Assembly: GCA_963800605.1 (NCBI GenBank) | Contig: CAWDBI010000013.1 | Location: 5,841 to 69,840 of the forward strand | Direction: 5' to 3' | From: an uncultured archaeon | GTDB taxonomy: Archaea; Thermoproteota; Bathyarchaeia; Bathyarchaeales; Bathycorpusculaceae | DNA: 64,000 nt | Shown here: in pieces, positions 42,194 through 51,132 of the stretch | Position numbering within the stretch: position 1 is the stretch's first letter | Layout of the letters: every line of letters starts with the position of its first letter | The notes under the pieces: generated by a model | Seen by the model: the letters and a program-made list of their open reading frames with translations, nothing else | What the model was told of the DNA's origin: nothing | Databases searched by the model: none | Made by a program: the position numbers and the translations under genes

Positions 42194-42889
42194 TTAGAAG
42201 CTAAAGCTCTCAGCAAAAATTCGCTTCATAATTCCCAAGCCATGGCGAAGTTTAAGCTTCTTCTCACCCATCCGGCTGCGGTAATCGATTGGAATCTCAA
42301 CGATTTGATAGCCTCTACGTTCAACAATCGCATTCATCTCCGCTTCGACATCGAAACCTTTGCTTTTTGGTTTCCAACCATCTAAGACTTCACTTCGTAC
42401 AACGCGCAAACCCGACAACGGATCATCCAGTTTAACCCCATTCATGACTAACTGTGCAATCGCTAATAATCTGTTGCCTACATAGAATGGGTTAGTGATG
42501 GATTTTGAGGTGTTATATTGGCCTTTGAAGCGGTTACCGATAACCATACCTACTTTGGGATCTTGCTCTAAAATATCAACCATATGTGGAATATATTCTG
42601 CAGGATACGTGTAATCGGCGTCAGTGAAGACGATGTAGGGCACTTTGGAAGTGAGTCCTTTCATACCCTGAAACATGGCGTCTCCCTTGCCTTTGCCCTC
42701 TTGGAGCATAACGTCTGCACCCATGTTTTTTGCTATCTCAATTGTTCTGTCAACGCTATTGCCGTCTACAACGACCATGTAAGGGTTGTTTAAGACCTTT
42801 TGCATTTCACCTAATGTGGGTCCTATCCCTTCTTCCTCGTTAAGGGTTGCAATAATCACTGATATATTGGAGTTTAACTGTTCGATCAT
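42194..42889 (-). CDS. DPM1-like GT2 (polyprenol-phosphate glycosyltransferase)
   Basis: IATLNEE, VDGNSVD, GKG, DADYTYP, GNRF, DPLSGLR, YRSRMGEKKL. Confidence 0.85.
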   Translation of the reverse strand: MIEQLNSNISVIIATLNEEEGIGPTLGEMQKVLNNPYMVVVDGNSVDRTIEIAKNMGADVMLQEGKGKGDAMFQGMKGLTSKVPYIVFTDADYTYPAEYIPHMVDILEQDPKVGMVIGNRFKGQYNTSKSITNPFYVGNRLLAIAQLVMNGVKLDDPLSGLRVVRSEVLDGWKPKSKGFDVEAEMNAIVERRGYQIVEIPIDYRSRMGEKKLKLRHGLGIMKRIFAESFSF

Positions 42890-43036
42890 AAAAAAAATCC
42901 TCAAAAAAACCTGAAGACGGCTCAAGAGTTATTGCAGGGAAACCAACTCTTAAAGCCGTAAGGATGAAACATCCCTAACAAAACAGATTTGTTCTATATT
43001 ATTCACAAAAAGTTCTAACCTCAAAAAAGGCAGTTG

Positions 43037-44156
43037 TTAAACAAGAGATTTAACACTATAAAGCACGAATGCGATGTCCTCATCAGATAGGCCAACATGC
43101 ATAGGCAAAGTAATCGTTCTGGCTAAAACCTGTTCTGCCACAGACAAATCTGTATATGAGAATGCTCCGAGTTTTTTGTAGACTCCTTGCATATGGCAGG
43201 GTGGATAGAAGATGTTGCCTGTTTCGACACCAAACTCTTCAAAGAGACGTTTTGTGAATGCCACTTTATCGATTTTGGCATCTAAAATCAAAGGGTACTT
43301 GTAGTAGCTACTTCTAAATCCACCAAGGCACTTCAATGTAGAAAAACTGTCGGAGCGATCCAGCGCTGAATCGTACTTTTGCGCGATTACGTTACGTCTA
43401 TCAATAAACTCGTCAAGCCTCTGCAATTGATAAATTCCTAAAACCGCCGAAACTTCCGGAAGCACCATATGCCTTCCCAAATCAACAAAGTTAGTTTTGC
43501 CTGTACCTGAACCATAGAAACTGAACCTTTTCGCAAATTCGCATAACTCAGCATTGTTAGAAACGAGCATTCCGCCTTCTCCAGTAGTAATAACCTTCGT
43601 CGGAGTGAAAGCAAAAACGGCTGCGTCACCGAAGCTTCCAGCCTTTTGCCCGTTGACGGTTGCTCCAATGGCATGTGTTGCATCTTCAATTAAAAATAAG
43701 CCATGCTCTTTGCATATCGATTTGATTTCTTCTATGTCAGGGTTTGGAAAACCAGAAATATGAGTGACTATTACTCCCCGAGTTTTGGGTGAAAGATTCC
43801 GCTTTAAACTCTCTGGATCCATAGATAGGGTATCTTTTCTTATGTCGGTGAAAACAACTTTTCCACCCACAGAGACCACGCTGTTGGGAACGGAGACGAA
43901 ACTGTTGGTGCAAACTACCACTTCACCGCCTGAAACACCGAAATAGTGCAGTGCAGTCTCATAGGCGCTTGAATCTGAGTCAAATGCTACTGCACCAGAA
44001 ACGCCAATGTATTTGGCGACTAGTTTCCTCGAATTCTCTTACTTTTTTGCCGTTGCGGAACTGGCCTTCCTCTAGGACTTTGGCGATGTCTTGTAGAATC
44101 GGGGTTATGTCTTCTTTTGGGAAGACGGGTTTGGATGATCGTATAAGAGTTGGCAT
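43037..44156 (-). CDS. DegT/DnrJ/EryC1/StrS sugar aminotransferase (5' frameshifts)
   Basis: Start MPTLIRSSKP at 44156; IEDATHAIG, FTPTKVITTGEGG, LPMH. Confidence 0.85.
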
Positions 44157-44170
44157 GATGCTTCACTTTT

Positions 44171-44797
44171 TCAAAAGTCATATTGTACGGTAAATAGATG
44201 GAATTTTTCGTCTAAGATTGCATGGATTACTCGCCATGATTCAAGCTGATAGAGCCTATGGAAAATGAAACCAAACCGGATTGGTGGCAAAGCCCCCTTT
44301 TTGAGGGGTTTAACGAAGAGCTTATTGTCCGTTTTGGACACAACCCAATTGTGCACGTCTTCACCATAAAGGAACTCGTTGAACCATGAGGGACTTTGTA
44401 CATAGCCGTGTGTGGAGACACGTTTTAGTTCCCTAATTAAATTCCCGGGGTCGTTAAGATGCTCAATCAAATAGTAGCTCGTAACAAAATCGAACGCTTT
44501 TTCTTTAAAAGGCAAAGCATAGCAGCTGCATAGAACAAACGGTTTGCCGGCAGTAACCAGCTTTTTCATGCTTCGGTCTGGAACAGGCTCAACGTGCAAG
44601 TCGCATAGGACATTGGCTTTGGGAAATGGTTTTGCTCCACATGCAATGTCTAAACAGAGGAGGTCGCCATTTGTTTTCTTGCTTTTAACTTCACGATACT
44701 TCTTCTTGCCAAACTTGAAACGGTCAAGCTCAGATTTACGGATTGGAAAACGCTCAACTAAAACAGCACATTCTAAGCCGTCAACTTTTGATTGCAT
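44171..44797 (-). CDS. Class I SAM-dependent methyltransferase
   Basis: LDIACG, LPFKEKAFDFV, IEHL, ELKRVS. Confidence 0.8.
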   Translation of the reverse strand: MQSKVDGLECAVLVERFPIRKSELDRFKFGKKKYREVKSKKTNGDLLCLDIACGAKPFPKANVLCDLHVEPVPDRSMKKLVTAGKPFVLCSCYALPFKEKAFDFVTSYYLIEHLNDPGNLIRELKRVSTHGYVQSPSWFNEFLYGEDVHNWVVSKTDNKLFVKPLKKGALPPIRFGFIFHRLYQLESWRVIHAILDEKFHLFTVQYDF

Positions 44798-44807
44798 AAA
44801 AACGCAC

Positions 44808-45944
44808 TTATTTAAATGCAGATGAAACTGCATTAATGGACAATCCGAGAGACTCACTGATATATTTGATATTTTCGATAGTTAGCCCAACGTGCATCGG
44901 CAGGCATAGTACTTGCTTGAGTACACGTTCAGAGTTGGGTAAATCTCCGTCTTTTGTTCCAAACGCTTCTTTATAGTAGGGGTGCATGTGGCAGGGTGGA
45001 TAGTATACGTGGCCAGTTTCGATTGCATATTTCTCTTTTAGCAAAGTAGCGATTTTTAATCGGTCAATTCCATCGGCGAGTTTTAGTGGATACTTGTAGT
45101 AGCTGTGACGGAAGTTTGGGGGTGTCCTAAAAAGCGATATTCCTGCAATGTCAGCTAGAAGGGTCTCATATTGTCTGGCGACTTCGTTGCGTTTAGCGAT
45201 GAACTCATCTAAATGTTCAAGTTGATTCTTTCCTACAATCGCCGACAACTCGCTCATACGCCAGTTGTGCCCCAATGTAACCATCATGCGATCACTGTTT
45301 TGGCCACAGGTCCGCAAAAACTTGGCTTCTTGTACAAGCTGATCATTGTTGGTTATTATCATACCACCTTCACATGCAGTCATGACTTTGGTGGGATAAA
45401 ATGAGAAACAGCCAACATCACCAAATGTTCCAGCTTTTTGGCCGTCCATGCTTGCACCGTGTGCATGGGCGCAGTCTTCAAGGAGGAAAAGTCCTTTCTT
45501 GTCACAGAATTCTTTGAGTTCGTTTATTTGTGGACAAACCAAGCCAGCAATATGGACCACTATAACGCCTTTGGTTTTTTCAGTTATTTTGCTTTTGACA
45601 TCTTCCACATCGATGCCCAATGTGTCTGAGTTCATATCCGCAAAAACGGGTTTTCCACCTGCTAAGAGCACAGCGTTAGGGTCTGAGATGAAAGTGTTGG
45701 TTGGTACGATAACTTCTGCGCCTTTTACTTTGAAGTAAGTTAAAGCCACATCAAGTGATGAAGAGCCTGAACTTACTGCAACAGCGTACTTGGCGTTGTT
45801 GTATTGAGCGAATTTTTTTTCAAACTCTTGAGCGTAAGGTCCATCGGTTAATCTTCCGCTTTTCAGCATCAAACGTATTTGCTTTGTTATTTCGTTCAGG
45901 CTATCTTCTGAGAAATAAGGAAAAGAACCAGAAATGCCACTCAT
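44808..45944 (-). CDS. DegT/DnrJ/EryC1/StrS sugar aminotransferase
   Basis: SSGSS, LEDCAHAHG, FSFYPTKVMTACEGG, GHNWRM. Confidence 0.92.
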   Translation of the reverse strand: MSGISGSFPYFSEDSLNEITKQIRLMLKSGRLTDGPYAQEFEKKFAQYNNAKYAVAVSSGSSSLDVALTYFKVKGAEVIVPTNTFISDPNAVLLAGGKPVFADMNSDTLGIDVEDVKSKITEKTKGVIVVHIAGLVCPQINELKEFCDKKGLFLLEDCAHAHGASMDGQKAGTFGDVGCFSFYPTKVMTACEGGMIITNNDQLVQEAKFLRTCGQNSDRMMVTLGHNWRMSELSAIVGKNQLEHLDEFIAKRNEVARQYETLLADIAGISLFRTPPNFRHSYYKYPLKLADGIDRLKIATLLKEKYAIETGHVYYPPCHMHPYYKEAFGTKDGDLPNSERVLKQVLCLPMHVGLTIENIKYISESLGLSINAVSSAFK

Positions 45945-45969
45945 TTTAAATTACTCCATTTTTTGTTGG

Positions 45970-46638
45970 TTACCATGATTTTGCGCCTGTACAGAAAAGA
46001 TAATCCACCACTGAAAGGTTAGGAACAAACTCGCCACCGCTCTGGGGATACATGGGATGAGAAAAATCTTGAAACATAAGCTTGATTCCCTGTTGCTCAA
46101 AAAGTTCTTTTTCGATGTATTCTCTGCAGCCGTTGCCTGCAAGCTGCACATCAGCGCCGACTTCTTTACATTGAGCAACGATTAACTCGGTTTTTTTACC
46201 CTGTGCATGCAATGAAGAACTCAAAACCAAGGGTTTATCGATTCCAAGAAACCCCATGATCCCCTTGATGAGATGCATATTGAGATCCATCAGTAGGTCC
46301 CATTCGGATTCATAGGTTTCTTCGAAGAAGTCTGAGAATTCGCTCCAGTAAGGCGATTTACAGTAGCCATGCTTTATGGTTAGCCAATGCTTACGACCCC
46401 AGTTGGGTTCACCTTTATTGGCGATTTTAACTTCGTTGATAAGTAAGGGTTTATTCGCATGCTCTATGGGAACACTTAACCATCTTACACCGTCAGAAGT
46501 TAGGATTCGGTTTCTGTTAGTGAATCCCTGCCGTTCAAATTGTACGTTGTCTTCTATTATGAAGATATCTACACGGCGCATCTTATCGAAGAAACCCAGC
46601 CACGGCAAATAGTTGGGTTGATGACCTGCCACAATCAT
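45970..46638 (-). CDS. wbqC: WbqC family protein
   Basis: HQPNYLPWLGFFDK, NRNRI, WLSVP, NLSVVDYLF. Confidence 0.9.
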   Translation of the reverse strand: MIVAGHQPNYLPWLGFFDKMRRVDIFIIEDNVQFERQGFTNRNRILTSDGVRWLSVPIEHANKPLLINEVKIANKGEPNWGRKHWLTIKHGYCKSPYWSEFSDFFEETYESEWDLLMDLNMHLIKGIMGFLGIDKPLVLSSSLHAQGKKTELIVAQCKEVGADVQLAGNGCREYIEKELFEQQGIKLMFQDFSHPMYPQSGGEFVPNLSVVDYLFCTGAKSW

Positions 46639-46653
46639 TATTTAATCGCCAGG

Positions 46654-47298
46654 TTATGGGATACTAGTTCTTTCAACGTATCTGACGACTTCGAAAGCTT
46701 CGGCGGCTGGAAGACTGACTTGGCTGCCTCTAAAAGAGGCTAAATTAACCATCGATTCGTATGTGATGTATCGTTTTGTTTTTTGTGAAAAATGGCATTT
46801 TAGTGCGGTCCATTTGTCGTTTACGCAATTAGTTATATCAATAAAGTATGATGGAGAAAAAGCAGCTGTGACTCGTGGAGTTTCAAAGGCTAAAACTTTA
46901 GGTGCATTTCTAAATGCTGACATTGAAACCCAGCCTACTTGGCGATGATCTTGATGAATGTCATTTACTGTGTGGGTGAGGATAGTTTCGGGTTTGTTTG
47001 CGATGTAGAAGGCTTCTAGGAAATCTATGGCTTGCCGTGAACAGGGAATTTCTGTGTCTGGGAAGTCGCCGAAATAAACCTCTTTTACGCCCAGCATAGA
47101 TAGAGCTTCGATGCTTTCTTTGGGTCGTACTTCTGGGTTGCCGCTGTGTTCACCTTTAGACATGAAGACAGCGATGACTTTTTTTCCGAGTTTGGATGCT
47201 GCACGGATGGTTCCACCGCAACCTAATTCGATGTCATCTGGGTGTGCACCCACTGCTAAAATAGTGCTGGATTTTAAAACCAAAATTTTGTCCTCCAA
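46654..47298 (-). CDS. PIG-L/LmbE family deacetylase
   Basis: AHPDDIELGCGG, DIHQDH, CHFSQ, AEAF. Confidence 0.9.
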   Translation of the reverse strand: MEDKILVLKSSTILAVGAHPDDIELGCGGTIRAASKLGKKVIAVFMSKGEHSGNPEVRPKESIEALSMLGVKEVYFGDFPDTEIPCSRQAIDFLEAFYIANKPETILTHTVNDIHQDHRQVGWVSMSAFRNAPKVLAFETPRVTAAFSPSYFIDITNCVNDKWTALKCHFSQKTKRYITYESMVNLASFRGSQVSLPAAEAFEVVRYVERTSIP

Positions 47299-47329
47299 AA
47301 TTGAAAAAATCAGTAACTATGATTAAGTG

Positions 47330-47929
47330 TTAGACATCCATTTTTAACCATAAATCGAGGTAACGTTCATGATACTGAAAACTGTTGGTTGTGCCATTGT
47401 ATATCCATAACTCAAAGATTAAATCGCCATAGAAGCCTGCTTTTGCCGTATCCCAGTTTATGCTTGTAGAACTAATGTCTATGGCATTGCCGTTTATGGT
47501 TATGCCTTTCATGTTTAACTGGGTAGAAACATCCGATTTGACGTTATACTGGAAAGAAACATCCACGGGTAATTCTTCTGTGGCGTTTTGGGCAACTAAT
47601 AGCGTTAAGCTACCCAAAGAAGGCAAAGTGCTGCTTGTGTGATTGAAACTGTCAGGTGTGAATTGGGTTTGGTTAGCGAATTTTACGGCTATCCGATAGT
47701 TTGCCGTGGAACCTAAATGGTTAGCTACATTGAGGTATAGACGGATGTTTTCGTCTGCGGTGACGTTTGAGGGGTAAGCAGCGTCGTGGTTTGGCCCAAA
47801 AAGCCAAAATTCAGTCAAAGGGGTGGTTTGCGGATAAACAAGCAGTTGCTGAAGTGTGGGGGAAGCAATCAAAAGCGAAAGCGCTATGCTCAGTACAATT
47901 ATGAGTGTCTTATACTGTTTCAGACCCAA
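47330..47929 (-). CDS. DUF1616-like membrane-anchored protein
   Basis: N-terminal TM, TEFWLFGP..AAYPSNV, VANHLG, LIFELW, LDLWL; TTG start at 47929 after GGAG. Confidence 0.7.
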   Translation of the reverse strand: MGLKQYKTLIIVLSIALSLLIASPTLQQLLVYPQTTPLTEFWLFGPNHDAAYPSNVTADENIRLYLNVANHLGSTANYRIAVKFANQTQFTPDSFNHTSSTLPSLGSLTLLVAQNATEELPVDVSFQYNVKSDVSTQLNMKGITINGNAIDISSTSINWDTAKAGFYGDLIFELWIYNGTTNSFQYHERYLDLWLKMDV

Positions 47930-48390
47930 AGTTGCTTCTCCTCTCGCTTTTATTGAGAACAAACCAAGCAGGGATTCCTGCTGCAATCATATCTTAAGAA
48001 ATAATCAACGGCAAAATCTTAAACAATGAAACCTTTGAAGCACTTGATTGGATACTCTGCGTTAAAGCCGCTGCTTTACCGGTTAAGCCATTTAGTTTAA
48101 TTTGGCTTTGACTCGCATAATTGTTGGCGGCGCCATAATCCTTTGCTGCATCTGGCAACTCAGCCTTTGAAAGCAAATCAGCAGCCTCATTAAGCGTAAT
48201 CATTAAGGATTCAACGTTTGCGCCTGGGGATTCCGCTTGAAAAACAGACTTATAAGCGTCTCTAAGCGCATTTTTTGCTGAATTGATAGCTAATTGTGCA
48301 TCTTGGCATACCGCTAAGGGCATGTCGAACAGGGAGATGCATGGAAAAACAGCAACTAATGCGTTGACACGTATTTGGGGCTTTAATTAA
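47910..48390 (-). pseudogene. Helical-bundle membrane protein with an in-frame stop in its C-terminal TM
   Basis: ORF 47994..48323 stops at TAA, yet the frame continues DMIAAGIPAWFVLNKSERR...* to 47910. No clear start for the hydrophobic leader. Confidence 0.5.
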
Positions 48391-48409
48391 AAGTTAAGCC
48401 TCAAACCAA

Positions 48410-48751
48410 TTATTCAAATTGGTCTGGATAAGTCAGTGGCCGTGAAGGGCAGAGGTTTTCAAGTATTTTTCTTTTAGTTGAGAAATCGTTTAGGCGTTTC
48501 TCCATGCTTTTGCTGCATCTTGCGTATTCTTTGTAGGCATCTAGGTATTCGTGACCTTTGCCAGTTAGCAGGTATAGCTGGTTGGCGTTTTCGAATGTTA
48601 CGAGTGATGCCTCGACGATATCGCTTAGGTAACGTTGGAGTACTTTGTAGCTGAGGTTGGCTTGGTACATGATTTGTGTTTTTTTGGCTTCTCGACTTAC
48701 GACGCTTAGAATGTCTGCTATTATGTCTAGTCTATCTCTATAACTTACCAA
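48410..48751 (-). CDS. Archaeal winged-helix (HTH_45-like) regulator
   Basis: YRDRLDIIADIL, KKTQIMYQANLSY, YLLTGKG. Confidence 0.85.
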   Translation of the reverse strand: MVSYRDRLDIIADILSVVSREAKKTQIMYQANLSYKVLQRYLSDIVEASLVTFENANQLYLLTGKGHEYLDAYKEYARCSKSMEKRLNDFSTKRKILENLCPSRPLTYPDQFE

Positions 48752-48784
48752 GCAAATTCTTCCGTCTATGTTAAAATTCGATTC

Positions 48785-49177
48785 TTATTTGTGCAGCCAA
48801 CCGCGACCGTTCTTCTTTTGTTGCGGCTTGTCTTTTAGGTCTTTAACTAAAAATTCATCTGCGGCTTTTCTTTTCGAAGGCTGCTTTTTGATGGTATCTT
48901 TAACGAATTTGTTCCATCCACCAACAGAGGGATCTGGAGGGATATATCTTTCTACGTTCGTAACTTTATGTTGCTCGAGAATATCTTTGAAGTTTAAGAC
49001 TTTAAAGTCTCTTGTCGCATGAATAATTGTGCCTTTATCGATGAATAATGCGTTGTAATCGTTAACTGCGATACCTTCAGCGCGTACTCTGTCATCTACT
49101 CGTTCAGTCCATAATCGTTTCCATTCGACTCTTAATTCGTCTACGAATTCTTTCTGTTTCAACGTCATAACTAACAA
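48785..49177 (-). CDS. Hypothetical protein, first gene of the minus-strand run
   Basis: Intact 130-aa ORF with a basic C-terminus; no recognised family. Confidence 0.65.
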   Translation of the reverse strand: MLVMTLKQKEFVDELRVEWKRLWTERVDDRVRAEGIAVNDYNALFIDKGTIIHATRDFKVLNFKDILEQHKVTNVERYIPPDPSVGGWNKFVKDTIKKQPSKRKAADEFLVKDLKDKPQQKKNGRGWLHK

Positions 49178-49551
49178 TTCCCTTCATGGTAGAAGCGGAT
49201 GAGAAAAATCGTTTTTACTAAAGAATTTTTATTAAAACTCGCTTGAGGATTAAGCCTCAATTAGTATCTGTCCTTCCCGCTTTATTTAAAGTGTAAGGAT
49301 AAATTGTTCTATTTTTATCTACAAGAAAACTTTATTTTCTGTATTTTTTTCGTCATTTTGTTAGGTGAAATTATTGTTTGACATAGAACAAGATTGATTT
49401 ATTATAGAAGATATTTTCTTTTAACACCAAACTTTCGGGGGTTTTCTATAAATTGCTTAATGTTTTATTGTTTAATAAGCATTTACTCGGCTAAGCTGTT
49501 GGAGTTTGGGCGTTTAACATTTAAATTCTACTTGCGACTATTGATTTTGCA

Positions 49552-50742
49552 GTGATTCTTATGTCAATGTCAACTACTGCAAAGGAAGTATATTCTCAAC
49601 AATTTAACACCGTTTTAGAGAGTGATAGTGCTTCCAGATGCTTGGAGGGTTTCAAAAAGGGATTGCCACCGGTCTTAGCGGTTTTAGACGAAAAGGGATT
49701 ATATGTTGGGATGGTTAGCCGGAGATCGGTTCTGCGCTCTCGTTTAGATTTGAGTCGAATTAAAGTTAAGAGCTTGATGACTGCCGCTCCAGAAGTCAAT
49801 TTAGCAGATTCGCTTACTCGCATTGCCAAGTTGATGATTGGAAGCGGCGTACGTCAACTGCCAGTTATTGATAAAGGCAAACTTGTCGGATTCATCACTG
49901 ACGAAGCGGTGATTCACGCGGTTGTTGGCGCAGAATGGGGTAATAACCCTGTTGATTCAATTATGACTCGGGCACCGCATACGTTGGAAGCTAATCGCAG
50001 TGTCGGCGCAGTTTTAGGGTTAATGCGGGAATTCGGCATTTCACATGTACCCATTATGGATAAGGGTCGCCTTACGGGTTTAGTTAGTGTGCAAGATATT
50101 TTGGAGAACCTGTATTTTCCGCCCAAGCGCATGGGAAACATGGATGTTGCGGGCGACCGCATAGATACTTTAGGTGTAGCTGCTAAAGGCATCATGAGTG
50201 CACCAGTGATTACCGTTGATCCGAAAAAGAAACTGCGGGATTGCGAACAGCTAATGCATAACCATGATATTTCCTGTTTATGCGTAGTTGATGGCGAACG
50301 ATTAGTCGGAGTAGTTACCAAGTTAGACTTTTTAGAACCGATTAGCCAAATGGAAACTGCTGAACGTCGTTTAACGATTCAGTTTGGTCTAAAAGATGTG
50401 GAGATTAGTCCTGAACAGCAAGATTTCATGATGACAGAGTTCGATTCGTTCTCACATCGCTTCCAAGAGGCTTTCCAGTTGGGTTCACTATTCGTGTATA
50501 TGAAGAGCCATCGTGGCACAAACATGCGTGGAACCCCAATGGTTCATTGCCGACTGCAATTCAGAACAACAAGAGGAAGCTTCTTTGCCGCTAGTGAAGG
50601 CTGGGGAATCGAACCCACATTTAAGGTTGCACTCGACAGATTAGAGCGGCGTTTGTTGCGAAGTAAAGAGTTACTGGCGTATAATCCGCGGTTTGCAAAG
50701 GATTATTTGCGTAAGATGGGTTTGCCGCAGGAAGAAGAATAA
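49552..50742 (+). CDS. Four-CBS protein with a C-terminal HPF/RaiA-like domain (Hib-type ribosome hibernation factor)
   Basis: Two CBS pairs (LPVIDKGKLVGFIT, VPIMDKGRLTGLVS, VVDGERLVGVVT). The tail has a beta-alpha-beta-beta-beta-alpha pattern ending FKVALDRLERRL. Confidence 0.75.
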   Translation: MILMSMSTTAKEVYSQQFNTVLESDSASRCLEGFKKGLPPVLAVLDEKGLYVGMVSRRSVLRSRLDLSRIKVKSLMTAAPEVNLADSLTRIAKLMIGSGVRQLPVIDKGKLVGFITDEAVIHAVVGAEWGNNPVDSIMTRAPHTLEANRSVGAVLGLMREFGISHVPIMDKGRLTGLVSVQDILENLYFPPKRMGNMDVAGDRIDTLGVAAKGIMSAPVITVDPKKKLRDCEQLMHNHDISCLCVVDGERLVGVVTKLDFLEPISQMETAERRLTIQFGLKDVEISPEQQDFMMTEFDSFSHRFQEAFQLGSLFVYMKSHRGTNMRGTPMVHCRLQFRTTRGSFFAASEGWGIEPTFKVALDRLERRLLRSKELLAYNPRFAKDYLRKMGLPQEEE

Positions 50743-50780
50743 TTTAGCTTCAATTTTTCTTTTTTTTCTAATTTTTTTGG
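50743..50780 (+). terminator. Oligo-T archaeal terminator tract
   Basis: tttttcttttttttctaattttttt shortly after the stop codon. Confidence 0.55.
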
Positions 50781-50962
50781 GTTACCTTGCGTTTGGTTGT
50801 AGTTACGTGTGATTTTCTTCTATACCACTTATTTATAGGTTCAACGGATATCCAATGCACTCCTCTCTTGGGCGACTGTACTGTTATTAAAACTGAAAAA
50901 ACTGTTTTCCGAAACCTTAAATTCTCTAGCTTAGAACTTGTATTATGGCAGAGGCGAAGAGG

Positions 50963-51100
50963 ATGACTGAAGAAAACCAGCCTCGTTGCAACAACTGCGG
51001 AAACTTTATCGACGACTGCAACTGCGTATGCCCATACTGCGGAGAAACCGCAAAGTGCACATGCGTAATAGGCCACGATAAAGCAACCGGCGGCGGATAG
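50963..51100 (+). CDS. Cys-rich microprotein (45 aa, 8 Cys) ending GGG; absent from the ORF track
   Basis: MTEENQPRCNNCGNFIDDCNCVCPYCGETAKCTCVIGHDKATGGG*; purine-rich GAAGAGG before the ATG; alternative ATG at 50945. Confidence 0.75.
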   Translation: MTEENQPRCNNCGNFIDDCNCVCPYCGETAKCTCVIGHDKATGGG

Positions 51101-51132
51101 CCAAAACTTCAATTTTAAAGCGAGAAAACGAA

